A DNA stretch of 64,000 bases from Candidatus Borrarchaeum weybense (GCA_019057385.1 JAHQJS010000006.1:96001-160000); one strand, 5' to 3'. Numbered from the stretch's first letter, positions 10,660-21,609 are shown. Notes: a model not told the origin generated them from the letters alone. Program-made: numbers and translations.

Positions 10660-10971
10660 TCAATCCTTCAATTTGTTCGAATTAATTCTCCTACATTTAA
10701 ATATCACAGTTCCACCCTCAGTATATGGTTCACCTGGATCAACGCATTGCATATAGGCGTGTTCAGGTTCTTCTGATGTAGTCAATCCCAGTTTCACTGG
10801 GCACCAGTTATGCTCCAATATTAATACATAATGGAGCAATGTTGATAGGGCATGTGTACACAATGCATTTGTTTGCTTTAAAACGATTTCCGGATCCTTG
10901 ATTACTATTCTGTCCCCAACCTTATATACGGGGCATTTTCCCTTTATTTCATGAACTAGAATTTCGAGCAC
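10660..10971 (-). CDS. TIGR04076-family small Cys-containing protein
   Basis: EIKGKCPVYKVGD, LCTHAL, QCVDPG..YT.GGTVIF. Start placed at GTG 10971 behind a GGAGG SD instead of 11079. Confidence 0.85.
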   Translation of the reverse strand: MLEILVHEIKGKCPVYKVGDRIVIKDPEIVLKQTNALCTHALSTLLHYVLILEHNWCPVKLGLTTSEEPEHAYMQCVDPGEPYTEGGTVIFKCRRINSNKLKD

Positions 10972-11075
10972 AATACTTCCTCCTATGAAAAGGAGTACAC
11001 ATAAGATCAAAGACTCCTGTTTTTCTGATTTGTAATAATATCCTGTTAAGCAGAAGAGGCTAAGTTCTAAAGAAA

Positions 11076-12107
11076 TCAATTTAAGTTGGTATCAATATAC
11101 ACACTAATCGTACGACTTTGAGTTGTTTTCTTTTTTAGCCAATGGAAGAGGGTCCATATTCGTATAAGCATATCAAGGAGAAAAGATGACTGGAAAAATT
11201 TTGTGATTTTAAAGAGTAATTTGTAAAGCTTAGAGGGATGATATTTAATCCCTTTTTCTAATAATAAGAAAGCCTCATTTTTATTATTTCGTAGTAGTAA
11301 TTTGCTCAAGCGATAATAATTTCGAAATATTAATTCTTTTTCAGTTACTGATAAGCGTGATTCTAGAAAAGTCTTTAGATCTTTGATAAGCGAATTTTCG
11401 CTAATTCCCCTTTCTCTTGCTTTAGCCAACAGTTTTGCGAATTTTCCCATTCTTCTTTGCAGAACAATATTTTTTAAGGTTATTGAATTGGCGGTTATAC
11501 GGCGTTTGTATAGAGGATTAGATAGATTAGCGACTTTATAGTTTTCTATAAACCTTAACCAGAGATCGAAATCCTGACTAGTTAAAAAAAAATCCCTATA
11601 ACCACCCAGTTCAAAGAAGTACTGTTTCTTAAACATTACCGAGCCGTGGATAAAGTGATTATGTCTATTCATCCCTCTTTTGATAGTAAAATGGTCACAT
11701 GAAAATTCAATAGTATAGAGGTACCTTCCTTTCTCATCAACAAATTTTGCAGCAGAACCGAGAAGCGCGATATTTTTATGTCGTTCCAAAAATTCAATTT
11801 GTTTTTCCAGTCTATCGGGCATTGAAATGTCATCGGCATCCTGTCTTGCAATGTATTCTCCTTTTGCTAATGCGATCCCATTGTTCAGGGATTTAGTGAA
11901 TCCAAGGTGTTCTTGATGAACAGGAATTATTCGGGGATCTTTGTATGATTCAAGGATTTTTTTTGTTCCATCAGTAGAGCCATCATTTATAATAATAAAC
12001 TCGAAATTCGTGAAAGTTTGGTTAAGTATGCTATCAATAGCTTCCCGGAGATATATCTCGCCATTAAAAACAGCCATTACAACACTTAATTTGAGTTTAT
12101 TTTTCAT
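11076..12107 (-). CDS. Glycosyltransferase family 2 (GT-A)
   Basis: SVVMAVFN, INDGSTD, RQDADD, QDFDLWLR. Confidence 0.93.
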   Translation of the reverse strand: MKNKLKLSVVMAVFNGEIYLREAIDSILNQTFTNFEFIIINDGSTDGTKKILESYKDPRIIPVHQEHLGFTKSLNNGIALAKGEYIARQDADDISMPDRLEKQIEFLERHKNIALLGSAAKFVDEKGRYLYTIEFSCDHFTIKRGMNRHNHFIHGSVMFKKQYFFELGGYRDFFLTSQDFDLWLRFIENYKVANLSNPLYKRRITANSITLKNIVLQRRMGKFAKLLAKARERGISENSLIKDLKTFLESRLSVTEKELIFRNYYRLSKLLLRNNKNEAFLLLEKGIKYHPSKLYKLLFKITKFFQSSFLLDMLIRIWTLFHWLKKKTTQSRTISVYIDTNLN

Positions 12108-12119
12108 AATTTTAATCCC

Positions 12120-12875
12120 TTAAATAGGTTTTACTACTGCCCAAATTTCGCCCCAGCGAATTTCATAGGCTTCTGTCTTTAATCCTGCCTCTTTCATTTC
12201 TTCAAAAAACTCTTCTTGTGTATACTCAATATAATGAGTACGATCAAGTCGGTATTCCAGCTTCAATTCCTTCATCAAGGGCACCCGCCAGTCACGCTCA
12301 AAAAGAGGTGCCCTTATGAGGTATTTTGATGGTTGAATTTTAGTTTTGATTTGTGTTAGGAATTCAACACGATGTTCGATGTGTTCTAAAACATTCGATA
12401 ATATTACTGCGTCAAATTTTTCGTTTGGTAAGTCAGTTAAGGCGTTTCCTACAACAAATTTCAAATTTGGGTGTTTAAAATTCTTCTTTGCGAATTCAAT
12501 ATATTTTTTATTAAGATCAATGCCTACTAATTCAACATTTTCTACATTAGTGACTACCCTATATGATAACAAACCATTTCCACAGCCAATATCCAAAACA
12601 AAATCGCCATCATTAACATTTTCAATGAAAAATTTGTGATACTTAGTATGCTTATGTTTTGTATGTATTCCTCCTCCATAGCGACGTGATTCCCGCCCTG
12701 TTAAAAAGTATATGTTTCGATTCAGTTTTAATAACATGTTCAGTGAATCTGAAGGATTTTTTTCAAGTGAAGCCCACTCATTAAGAACAAATGAAATTAT
12801 TGAGACTTTTTTATTCCCTGATAATTTACTTAAAAGAAACATTACTGGCCTCAGTAAAATCTTAATATGCTTCAT
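12120..12875 (-). CDS. Class I SAM-dependent methyltransferase
   Basis: VLDIGCGNG, GIDLN, SNVLEHI; ATGA overlap with the upstream GT4. Confidence 0.9.
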   Translation of the reverse strand: MKHIKILLRPVMFLLSKLSGNKKVSIISFVLNEWASLEKNPSDSLNMLLKLNRNIYFLTGRESRRYGGGIHTKHKHTKYHKFFIENVNDGDFVLDIGCGNGLLSYRVVTNVENVELVGIDLNKKYIEFAKKNFKHPNLKFVVGNALTDLPNEKFDAVILSNVLEHIEHRVEFLTQIKTKIQPSKYLIRAPLFERDWRVPLMKELKLEYRLDRTHYIEYTQEEFFEEMKEAGLKTEAYEIRWGEIWAVVKPI

Positions 12876-14005
12876 AAATTAAGAACCTCATTTATAGCGC
12901 CAAGTTCTAATTGCAATATCTTATCAAGGGGATATTTCTTTAATATATAACTTCGAGCATTTTTGCTCAGTTTGGTTTGAAGCATCTCATCTGACATCAC
13001 GGTTTCTATCGCTAATGCAATACTCTTAAAGTCGGTTTTACATAAATATCCTGTTATTAAATGCTCTATATCTTCCCGTATTCCTATTACATTCGTCCCA
13101 ATAGAGGCCATACCACAGCTCATAGCTTCAAGCAATACTTTAGGATGTCCCTCAAAGTAAGATGGAAGAATAAAAACTCTTGCTTGATTAATGATTTTAG
13201 GTAATTCAAAATTTGGTATATAACCTAATAAAGTGACATCTAGTGCATATTTAGTTATTAATTCCTTGACCTTACTGTCAAAACAGCATCCACCAACCAT
13301 CACTAAGGACAAACTATGATTATCTTTCTTAAGATAATTGATAGCTTTTAATAGATTAAACAGATTTTTTTGTTTGCCAGTTCTTCCAATATAAATAAGA
13401 TCAAATTTCTTATCGATCTGAAAATCTGGCTTAAATACATCAGTTACTACATAATTAGGGATGACTTTGATTTTTTGGGGTTTAATCTTATAGGACTTTA
13501 TAACTAAATCACGCTGCCATTCTGAAGTTACAATCCCTATATCTGCTAAAGTAAAAGCTTTTTTTTCTAATTGAATGGCCGCTTTAATGATTTTTTCATC
13601 TTTATGATTTTTAATTGTGTGTCTGCTGTGTAAATATCCACATCGAACAATTAACTTTTTCCCAAATTTCTTCTTAAACCATATAGGAACTTCAGAGCCT
13701 TTAATCTGATTCGTTTTTAAAATGTCTGAATTTTTGATTTCTGAATAATACTTCAGCAATAGATGAATAATCGTAATTACTCTGGTGCGCCATCGAACTG
13801 GTAAAATCTTAATATTGCCGAGTATATCAGAATAAACTTTGTCTTTGTGACCTCCATACGTCACCATATTGATTCTTTTTAGATACTTAGATAGTTCTTT
13901 ATATATCTCAAGTTCTCGGTCAATCATACCGATATCTGCCCACATCTTCAAACTTACTTGTTTAGTAAAAAATAGTGTTAGTGTTGTGTCTGCGATTTCC
14001 ATCAT
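12872..14005 (-). CDS. Glycosyltransferase family 4
   Basis: YIGRTGKQKN, EGHPKVLLEAMSCG. Confidence 0.92.
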   Translation of the reverse strand: MMEIADTTLTLFFTKQVSLKMWADIGMIDRELEIYKELSKYLKRINMVTYGGHKDKVYSDILGNIKILPVRWRTRVITIIHLLLKYYSEIKNSDILKTNQIKGSEVPIWFKKKFGKKLIVRCGYLHSRHTIKNHKDEKIIKAAIQLEKKAFTLADIGIVTSEWQRDLVIKSYKIKPQKIKVIPNYVVTDVFKPDFQIDKKFDLIYIGRTGKQKNLFNLLKAINYLKKDNHSLSLVMVGGCCFDSKVKELITKYALDVTLLGYIPNFELPKIINQARVFILPSYFEGHPKVLLEAMSCGMASIGTNVIGIREDIEHLITGYLCKTDFKSIALAIETVMSDEMLQTKLSKNARSYILKKYPLDKILQLELGAINEVLNL

Positions 14006-14169
14006 TAATTACCAATTTGCATTTTCAATAAGAATCGATTTTTAATAGTTTCCAATTTTTAAGCAAAATGGCAGAGGAATTTTATTGTCAACTGGCGAGA
14101 TGATCTTCATATCCCGATAGGTAAGAATGATGATTTTTCGGAATTAAGGCCTTAAAAATTTGAAGACAA

Positions 14170-15957
14170 CTAAGGATAGAATTTAAATATCAGTATAGGT
14201 GCATTTACATAAACTTCTTCAAAATAATCATTTGCCCTGATAGATTGCGCAAAGTTATCCATTTCCAATATAACATGTGTTACATTGTTTTGTGAACAAT
14301 AGGAAACCACATTTGTTGGTGAAGAACTGTAAATGGTACGATCGCTGATAAGCGTTCTAGGGTATAAGATAGAAGAATAAGGAGCATGATCGTTTGTTAA
14401 AACTAAGATTACCGCATTTTCAGGAGAATTATCGTAAAGCCAGAGGGCTGCTGCTACATCTTCATGTTTATAGCGTCTATTGATAGTTGCATGATATCCT
14501 CTTACCATTCCGAAAAAAATCTGATAAACTATGCACATTACTATAATAAAGTGAATTACATACGACTTTATATTGCCCTTTTCGCTTAAAGGTTTCACAG
14601 CATTCCTGAAGACCTTTATCGTACTCCCTAAACCTTGTGCGGTTAAAGTGGATGCAAAAATCGAGAAAGATGGGAAAATCCTAATATTCATCCATGAACC
14701 TTGTAAATTAATAAAATTAATCAGAATGAATGTTTCTAAAAAACAAATCACATAAAACATTCGTTTTGGTGAGCGATTTAAAAAATAATAAATTAATCCA
14801 ATAAATGAGAAGACTAGACTATAGCCAAACGTCCATTGTGCATTATCGCGAAACATAGCCAAAGGCAAGATATTAGCATTAAATGTAACATAATAAATAA
14901 ATCTTAATAATCTCTGAGCAAAAATCGGTAGCAATAAACTTCCACCAATTAGCCCTGCTATTGTTATAATTGAAATCTTAGGAGACTTATACAATACGAT
15001 GTAAAGAAGTGTTGGTATTATAATTGGTCCAAAACTACTAAAACTAGTTAATCCTAAGCCTGATAGAACAAGAAGTCCGAGGATATCTGCTTTCAGATTC
15101 TGTTCAAAAAGAAATAGGGCTAGAACCACAATTAAGAATAATCCAAGTGATTCTGTACTAAAGATTTTTCCTCTCCAGATTACCAATCGCGAGGTTCCAT
15201 AAACAAGCACCGCGTAGATTGCTAGTTTTTCCGAACTAAGAAGTTTTTTGGAACCAATATATACTCCTAAACATTGCAAAAGGCTTAGAAACGGTCCTAT
15301 ATATAAGATTATATAGTAAGGGTTTGCTAAATTTGGAAGAAACATAACTGCTAAAAAATAAGCTGCTCCCCGTGGGAAATTTAGAAAATATCCGTATGCA
15401 ATATAGCCGCTCTCGGCTAAATCAATTATAAGGTGTCCTTTTACGGCAATTTTCTTACTCTCAATGAGCCAGAACCATGTGTCACTAACAGGCATAACGA
15501 TGCTCTTTAATAAATCGTTTAATTCTATAAATATTATTAAAAGCAAAACGAAAAGTAACAGCACAGTCGACGTTTTAATTTTAATAAACTTTAATTTTAT
15601 AATATTTGTTCTCAATGAATCTACTTGGATCTTATTTTTTACACTTTTGAATAAATGATATAGATCTTTATGATAAAGTAAAATTACTAGACCTGGAAGT
15701 GGCAGAAGGGATATTGTCAACGTAATTAAGTTAATAATCAAAAATTGATCAAGAAGATAACAGATTATTACTAAATAACTAATTCCTATTCCAGTAGCTA
15801 AGATAAATAGTTCAATAATCCCATATCTTTTGAGATCCTTATACAAAAGAGTCAAAACAGAAAGTCCTGGTATTGCAGTAATAACTACAAACCAAAACCA
15901 AACAAAAAGCAGACCAAATAAAATATCAGGATACTGGAAAAGTGTTAGGTCTACCAA
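14170..15957 (-). CDS. GT-C-fold membrane glycosyltransferase, tandem paralog 2
   Basis: Many TM segments, SDTWFW loop, TESLG, C-terminal AAALWLYDNSPENAVILV and NNVTHVI. Confidence 0.8.
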   Translation of the reverse strand: MVDLTLFQYPDILFGLLFVWFWFVVITAIPGLSVLTLLYKDLKRYGIIELFILATGIGISYLVIICYLLDQFLIINLITLTISLLPLPGLVILLYHKDLYHLFKSVKNKIQVDSLRTNIIKLKFIKIKTSTVLLLFVLLLIIFIELNDLLKSIVMPVSDTWFWLIESKKIAVKGHLIIDLAESGYIAYGYFLNFPRGAAYFLAVMFLPNLANPYYIILYIGPFLSLLQCLGVYIGSKKLLSSEKLAIYAVLVYGTSRLVIWRGKIFSTESLGLFLIVVLALFLFEQNLKADILGLLVLSGLGLTSFSSFGPIIIPTLLYIVLYKSPKISIITIAGLIGGSLLLPIFAQRLLRFIYYVTFNANILPLAMFRDNAQWTFGYSLVFSFIGLIYYFLNRSPKRMFYVICFLETFILINFINLQGSWMNIRIFPSFSIFASTLTAQGLGSTIKVFRNAVKPLSEKGNIKSYVIHFIIVMCIVYQIFFGMVRGYHATINRRYKHEDVAAALWLYDNSPENAVILVLTNDHAPYSSILYPRTLISDRTIYSSSPTNVVSYCSQNNVTHVILEMDNFAQSIRANDYFEEVYVNAPILIFKFYP

Positions 15958-16018
15958 TATAAAATCCTCTTAAGCGTATTAAACGTAGATCATAAATAGA
16001 TTTACTTTATAAATTCTT

Positions 16019-17764
16019 CTACTTGCTAAATTCGAATATTATCATGCATGCGTTTCTATAAATTTCCTTAAAATTGTTATTTGCTTCAATAAGTTGCTCA
16101 GAGGCATCGATTTCCATAACGATGTAGTTGATATTATTTTGAGAACAATATACTACGATTTCTGATAGGGAAAGGTTTGAAGCGTTTTGGTCTACGATAA
16201 GCCCTTTAGGGTATAAAATAGTTGAATAAAGTATATGATCTTCGCTTGAAACCAAGATTACTGCATTTTCAGGGGAATTTTCGCAAAGCCAAAGTGCTGC
16301 TGTTACATCTTCAGATCTATGATACCTATTAATAGTTTCGTGGTATCCTACTACCATTCCAAAATAGATCTGATAAACTAAACACATAATAACGATAAAG
16401 TGGAGCATGTAAGAATTTATACTAACCTTTTGATTTAGAGGCGGTAAAACCTTCCCAAATATTTTTATCGTACTCCATAAACCTTGTGCGGCTAAAGTGG
16501 ATGCAAAAATAGAAAAAACTGGGTAAATCCTTATATTCATCCACCAAAATGGCAGATTGATAAAGTTAATCAGAATGAATGAATATAAGAAACACATCGT
16601 ACAAAACACCCGTTCAGATGAGCGATTCAGGAAACAATAAATCACACCAATAAATGAGAACGCTAAACTATAGCCAAATGTCCATTGCGCATTATTAATG
16701 AACATGGCTAAAAACGAAATATTTGTGCTGAATTTAGTATCTAAAATATAGTTAAAAATAGTTTGAGTAAAATTCGATAGAAGTAAGCCTGCCCCTATTA
16801 TTATTGCAACTATTATAACTGAAATTTTATAAGGTTTAGCTAATACGATATAAAAAAGTGTTGGTAATATAACTGGTCCAAAACAACTCAAGCTAGTTAG
16901 TCCTAGCCCTATTAGAGCTAGAAGTCCAAGGATATCTGCTTTCAGATTGTTCTCCGTAATAAATAGGAATAAAATTATAATAAGAAACAATCCGACTGAT
17001 TCAGTAATATAGATCTTCGCTCTCCAAATCACTAATCTTGAAGTTCCATAAATAAGGACGGAGTAGATAGCGCACTTATCTGATTTCAGAAGCTTTTTGG
17101 AAGCAGCGTATACTCCTAGGCACTGTAAAAGATATAGAATTATCCCCATATAAAAGATTATATAATAAGGATTTGTTAAATTAGGTAGAATCATTAGTGC
17201 TAAAAAGTATGCCGTTCCACGCGGGAACCATTGGAAATAATCGCCAGCAAAAGATTCTGGCTCTGCTTGAATATGCCCAGTTATTGCTACCTGCTTACTT
17301 TCAAGGAGCCAGAACCATGGATCCCTAGCAGGCAAAATGATGTTCTTTGCCAAATCATTTAAGACAATAAATACAATGAAACATAAAACTAATAGTAGAA
17401 GTACAGTCGATGTATTTATGTTAAAAAACTTTGATTTGGTAAGTATATCCTTTATTAATACATCCTTTTTGAGTTTATTTCTTACGTTTGTTAATAAATG
17501 AAATATATCTTTGTGATAAAGTAAAATAGCGATGCAGGGAAATGGCAAAAGGAATATTATCAACGTTACTAAGTTAATAATCAAAAAAGCATCCAGAAGA
17601 TAGCTCACTATTACCAAATAACTGATTCCTATTCCTATCGCTAAGATAAATAATTCAATAATCCCATTTCTTTTGAGATCTCGATTCAAGATACTCAATA
17701 CAGAAAATCCAGGAATAATTGTGATGCCCACAAACCAAACAAGGAGTAATATGATATTAATCAA
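16019..17764 (-). CDS. GT-C-fold membrane glycosyltransferase, tandem paralog 1
   Basis: Colinear with 14170..15957; RDPWFW loop, TESVG, AALWLCENSPENAVILV. Confidence 0.8.
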   Translation of the reverse strand: MINIILLLVWFVGITIIPGFSVLSILNRDLKRNGIIELFILAIGIGISYLVIVSYLLDAFLIINLVTLIIFLLPFPCIAILLYHKDIFHLLTNVRNKLKKDVLIKDILTKSKFFNINTSTVLLLLVLCFIVFIVLNDLAKNIILPARDPWFWLLESKQVAITGHIQAEPESFAGDYFQWFPRGTAYFLALMILPNLTNPYYIIFYMGIILYLLQCLGVYAASKKLLKSDKCAIYSVLIYGTSRLVIWRAKIYITESVGLFLIIILFLFITENNLKADILGLLALIGLGLTSLSCFGPVILPTLFYIVLAKPYKISVIIVAIIIGAGLLLSNFTQTIFNYILDTKFSTNISFLAMFINNAQWTFGYSLAFSFIGVIYCFLNRSSERVFCTMCFLYSFILINFINLPFWWMNIRIYPVFSIFASTLAAQGLWSTIKIFGKVLPPLNQKVSINSYMLHFIVIMCLVYQIYFGMVVGYHETINRYHRSEDVTAALWLCENSPENAVILVSSEDHILYSTILYPKGLIVDQNASNLSLSEIVVYCSQNNINYIVMEIDASEQLIEANNNFKEIYRNACMIIFEFSK

Positions 17765-18251
17765 ACTTGGGCCTCTTTAGTGCAGTATCAAATCCATTTT
17801 ACGGCTTTTTCATACGGGCTAGTTTATCTTTTGAAGGAAATAAGATATAACTGCTAGAATTATAAAAGTGTAATTTTTTTTTGGATTAAAAACTTTTTGA
17901 ACAGCAGTTATGTCGTTATCTCTTACTGACGGATTAAAAGAAAAATAACTTGATGAACTTTGGACTCAAATGTCAACTAAATTACTGCAGAGATACGTTT
18001 TTAGACATTGAAAGAAAACAAAATTTCAAACTCTGGAATAATCTTAAACGCATTTACAGAAAAACGGTTTGGATATTCTTATAAAATCGTTTGTGTCTTC
18101 GAAAATGATGAGAACTACTCCTGAGAACGAGCTTGTCATTTGCGAAATACCTGTGATATATCATAAACAGATAAAAAAAATGTTCTAATCCTGGTGATAT
18201 CTTTACAAATCACTTTTAATATAACTTTTATCTCGTAAAACATCCATTTCT

Positions 18252-19253
18252 CTAAACCAATCCTCTAATAAATCCGAGAGACCAACCAAAAAACTCTGTT
18301 ATGAAAATAAGTACTAGAGATAAATACATTTTGAAACTTAACTTATTTTTAATAACTAAATGTGTTGAGAACGCCAATATAACAATGAAATAACTCATAA
18401 TTAAGCCTATACTTATTATAAAAAGAATGGGCCACTTCAGCGCTAGCAATAATAGGATGATTATGCCGATTAGTTCAAGAGATGGAAGGATATGTATCCA
18501 TCCTAACGCTTTTTTATCCTTTTTGACTAATTGCGCCCTTCCTATCGCGTATCTGTATATTTGTTTGAAAAATTTTAGTAAAGATGTCCTATGATAGTGG
18601 AAAACTTTTGCGGACGGAGCATATAATATCTTATAGCCACTTTTTTTAAGCCTCTGGTTTAAGTCTGCATCTTCTGCAGTTATCAAGCTTTCATCAAATA
18701 AACCAATCTTATCAAAAATATCTTTATAATACACTGCATTGCAACCAGGAGCACTATTTACATATTTTTTCTCTGTTAAGACTTTAGTATGGGTAGACGG
18801 TCCTCCGCCTAAAGGTGTCGATAATGCCAGGCCAACTGCCTTAGAAAAACCATCTAAGTCTGATGGGATGGCATTTGGTCCCGTTGCGCAAACAACGCCT
18901 TCATCTCTATCTAATGCTAAGACCAAGTCATCTAACCAAGTTTTTCCAACTGTGCAATCAGCATCTGTAAAGGCAATAATGCTACCTTTTGCGATCTTAA
19001 TTCCTTCATTACAAGCACCTGCTCGCGTTCCCTTGTTTTCATACATTATTTTTGCTTCATACATGGATGCAATAAGAATAGTATCATCAGTTGAATGTCC
19101 ATCTACGATTATAACTTCCTTTTTTGGATAATTCAAGCTAAATACAGATTTTAAGCATTCATTTATTGTTCTGTCATTGTTTTTTGTTGGTAGGATAATA
19201 CTTACAAGGGGATTTTTGGTAACCTTCACTTTTTTCAGGTCCTGATATTCCAA
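18252..19253 (-). CDS. Glycosyltransferase family 2 with C-terminal TM helices
   Basis: VDGHSTD, FTDADC, AEDADL, KQIYRY, hydrophobic C-terminus. Confidence 0.92.
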   Translation of the reverse strand: MEYQDLKKVKVTKNPLVSIILPTKNNDRTINECLKSVFSLNYPKKEVIIVDGHSTDDTILIASMYEAKIMYENKGTRAGACNEGIKIAKGSIIAFTDADCTVGKTWLDDLVLALDRDEGVVCATGPNAIPSDLDGFSKAVGLALSTPLGGGPSTHTKVLTEKKYVNSAPGCNAVYYKDIFDKIGLFDESLITAEDADLNQRLKKSGYKILYAPSAKVFHYHRTSLLKFFKQIYRYAIGRAQLVKKDKKALGWIHILPSLELIGIIILLLLALKWPILFIISIGLIMSYFIVILAFSTHLVIKNKLSFKMYLSLVLIFITEFFGWSLGFIRGLV

Positions 19254-19441
19254 TTAGATAAGTTTTACAGCATATTTCAAAAATATCTTTAGTTCATCCT
19301 TTTATGTTTAGAAAAGTAAGTCATTTTCACAAAAAAGAATTCTACATATTATATTTGAAAGATCCGCTTGACTTCACTGGGACTCAATTATAACATAACC
19401 AAAAGAATCACTTCTTTACACTGTATCACGAGAATTCATCT

Positions 19442-20185
19442 CTATTTGTAAAAAGCAATTCCGATGTTTCTAAAAATCCAATAGTTCAAGTTATATCTTT
19501 CACAAAAAATTAGAAAAGCATTTTTCAGAAAAGGTAAATTCACCACATCATGAGTTGATAGTATTCCATCTTGATTTAAATATTTAAAGGCCATATGATA
19601 TTCCCAAAACATGTGATCAAACGTATGAAGACTATCGTGAAAAAAGAGATCTATGTGACTTAACTGATTTAGCAATTTAGGGAGTAACACTGCGCTATCC
19701 CCGATAATTAATTCCCACCTATCTAAGGCTGCCTCTCGAACAAGAAAACCTTTAGGCGGCATATTTGGATCATGAGGGAGATCGATACTATATAATTTAC
19801 CGGATCCGTTTTTCTTTATTGCCTCAAGGATATGAGAACTGGATGCACCGTATAAAGTACCTGTTTCAACGACAATACTTGGCTTTAGTGCCCGGACTAA
19901 TAAATATAGAGTTTCGCAATCAAAATTGAAAGTTGTGTCACTACTATGCCCTATCATTTTAATCAATTTAGATCTTTTAGAATCATACCAAGATTTGAAT
20001 TTTGAATTAAGGTATTCAGAGTAAATCGCCTTTGTGTTGACATCAAAATTAGTGGATAAAAACTCTAAGAAATTAGCCCGTTCTTTGGTATCTGGATTTT
20101 TTTGTTCGATTAAACGTTTATATAATTTTGTAAGCACCTGAGTTGGATGCCTAATTGATTTCAATAATAATTTATGTCGTTTCAT
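19442..20185 (-). CDS. Class I SAM-dependent methyltransferase (Methyltransf_24)
   Basis: VVETGTLYGAS, SIDLP, IGDS, FFHDSLH, HDV. Confidence 0.9.
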   Translation of the reverse strand: MKRHKLLLKSIRHPTQVLTKLYKRLIEQKNPDTKERANFLEFLSTNFDVNTKAIYSEYLNSKFKSWYDSKRSKLIKMIGHSSDTTFNFDCETLYLLVRALKPSIVVETGTLYGASSSHILEAIKKNGSGKLYSIDLPHDPNMPPKGFLVREAALDRWELIIGDSAVLLPKLLNQLSHIDLFFHDSLHTFDHMFWEYHMAFKYLNQDGILSTHDVVNLPFLKNAFLIFCERYNLNYWIFRNIGIAFYK

Positions 20186-20457
20186 TTTTTCTCACTACTT
20201 CCACATTCTAACGTCCCCCCCATATTTACAAGATATGGGGCGCAAACTGTCTAAAAGAGATTCTATATCAAATTTTTTGAAATTGTCCATTGTTTTTTTA
20301 ATTCACAAATCACTTTTTAATTTTCGTTTTGGAGGCGTTTCAATGTTAGAAACTACATATAAGAACGTTATTTTTAATAGGGTGGCGTTATGTGTGTTCT
20401 AAAATGTATATTTTTAGAGCCACTATGAATGTAAAAAGCTGTAGAGAGAGTTATGTG

Positions 20458-21609
20458 ATGAAGATATGTGTAATTGCTCCATATGATGCTTTATCTCCAG
20501 CTTTTGGTGCTTCGGTAAGGGTTTTTAAGATAGCTATGGGGCTTAGTATTTGTGGGGCAAACGTTTTCGTGTTGCATCATGGACTTACCAAAGTGGTTAG
20601 TTCCAACCTAAGATTTGTTAATTTTAAATCGTTTGACCTAGTTTTGGGCAGTACTAACTATCTTCATCCGTTAAATCCATTTTATCCTTCTAAGTTGTCT
20701 TCTTTTTTAGAAAAAATAAATCCTGATATTGTGCAGGGAGAACAGCCTTGGAGCGCATTTCCAACGATATTTTTTACCAGACGCTATGGGGTTCCTTACA
20801 TTCTTGATGCCCATAATGTTGAGTTTTTATGGTCTATATACGCAAGTAAAATGCCTCTTTTAGCACCTTTTACTTTTCTTGTTGAAAAGCTTGCCACAAA
20901 AACCTCCTCTTCGATTTTAACTATATCAGAGATAGACAGAGATCATTTATCTCGCATATACAAAATCCCTACGGAAAAGTTTTTTATGGTTCCAAACGGG
21001 ATTGATGTATCACGTTTTGATGAAAAGCCTTCTTCGTTGAACCTTAAAAAACGGCTGGGTTTTAGTTCTGAAAGTAAGATAGTTGTGTTTCATGGTTCAA
21101 TGGGCACTAGACAAAACTATGAGGCTTCTAATCTAATTGTAGATTATATTGCTCCTAAAATTAGGTCTGCTACATTTTTAATAATAGGAAAAAACCCTCC
21201 TTTGTGGCTTAGAAAGAAGGCTAAGGCACAAAAGAACGTCTTGTTACTGGGTTTTGTCCCTAAGGTTGAAGAATATATAATGGCTGCTGACGTATGTATA
21301 GCTCCTATTCGGAGAGGATCTGGAACTAGATTAAAGTTGTTGGAATATCTTGCCGCTGGGAAACCGATAGTTTCAACCATTATAGGAGCCGAGGGATTGC
21401 CGTTAAAATCAAATGTTCATGGTATATTTTGTAAAGATATTGATGAATGTTTTATAGGTTCAATAAAAAATCTCTTATTGAATAAGGGGATTGCGAAAGA
21501 AATGTGTAAGGCCGCTAGAATGATGGCAGAGAAGTTTGACTGGAAAATCATAACAGAACAACTCTTTGAATTTTATAAGGAAGAATTGTTGGGGAAGGCA
21601 TCAGTTTGA
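20458..21609 (+). CDS. Glycosyltransferase family 4
   Basis: MKICVIAP start, DAHNVE, GSGTRLKLLEYLAAGKP. Confidence 0.92.
   Translation: MKICVIAPYDALSPAFGASVRVFKIAMGLSICGANVFVLHHGLTKVVSSNLRFVNFKSFDLVLGSTNYLHPLNPFYPSKLSSFLEKINPDIVQGEQPWSAFPTIFFTRRYGVPYILDAHNVEFLWSIYASKMPLLAPFTFLVEKLATKTSSSILTISEIDRDHLSRIYKIPTEKFFMVPNGIDVSRFDEKPSSLNLKKRLGFSSESKIVVFHGSMGTRQNYEASNLIVDYIAPKIRSATFLIIGKNPPLWLRKKAKAQKNVLLLGFVPKVEEYIMAADVCIAPIRRGSGTRLKLLEYLAAGKPIVSTIIGAEGLPLKSNVHGIFCKDIDECFIGSIKNLLLNKGIAKEMCKAARMMAEKFDWKIITEQLFEFYKEELLGKASV

Noticed and set aside
20218-20240. Hairpin CCCCATAT-N7-ATATGGGG between divergent genes
   Set aside because: It is a real inverted repeat, but it is single and lacks IS-end or operator context, so no function can be supported
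18205-20321. Direct repeat ACAAATCACTTTT flanking the GT2 + methyltransferase pair
   Set aside because: A 13-bp AT-rich match is expected by chance in 64 kb of this composition
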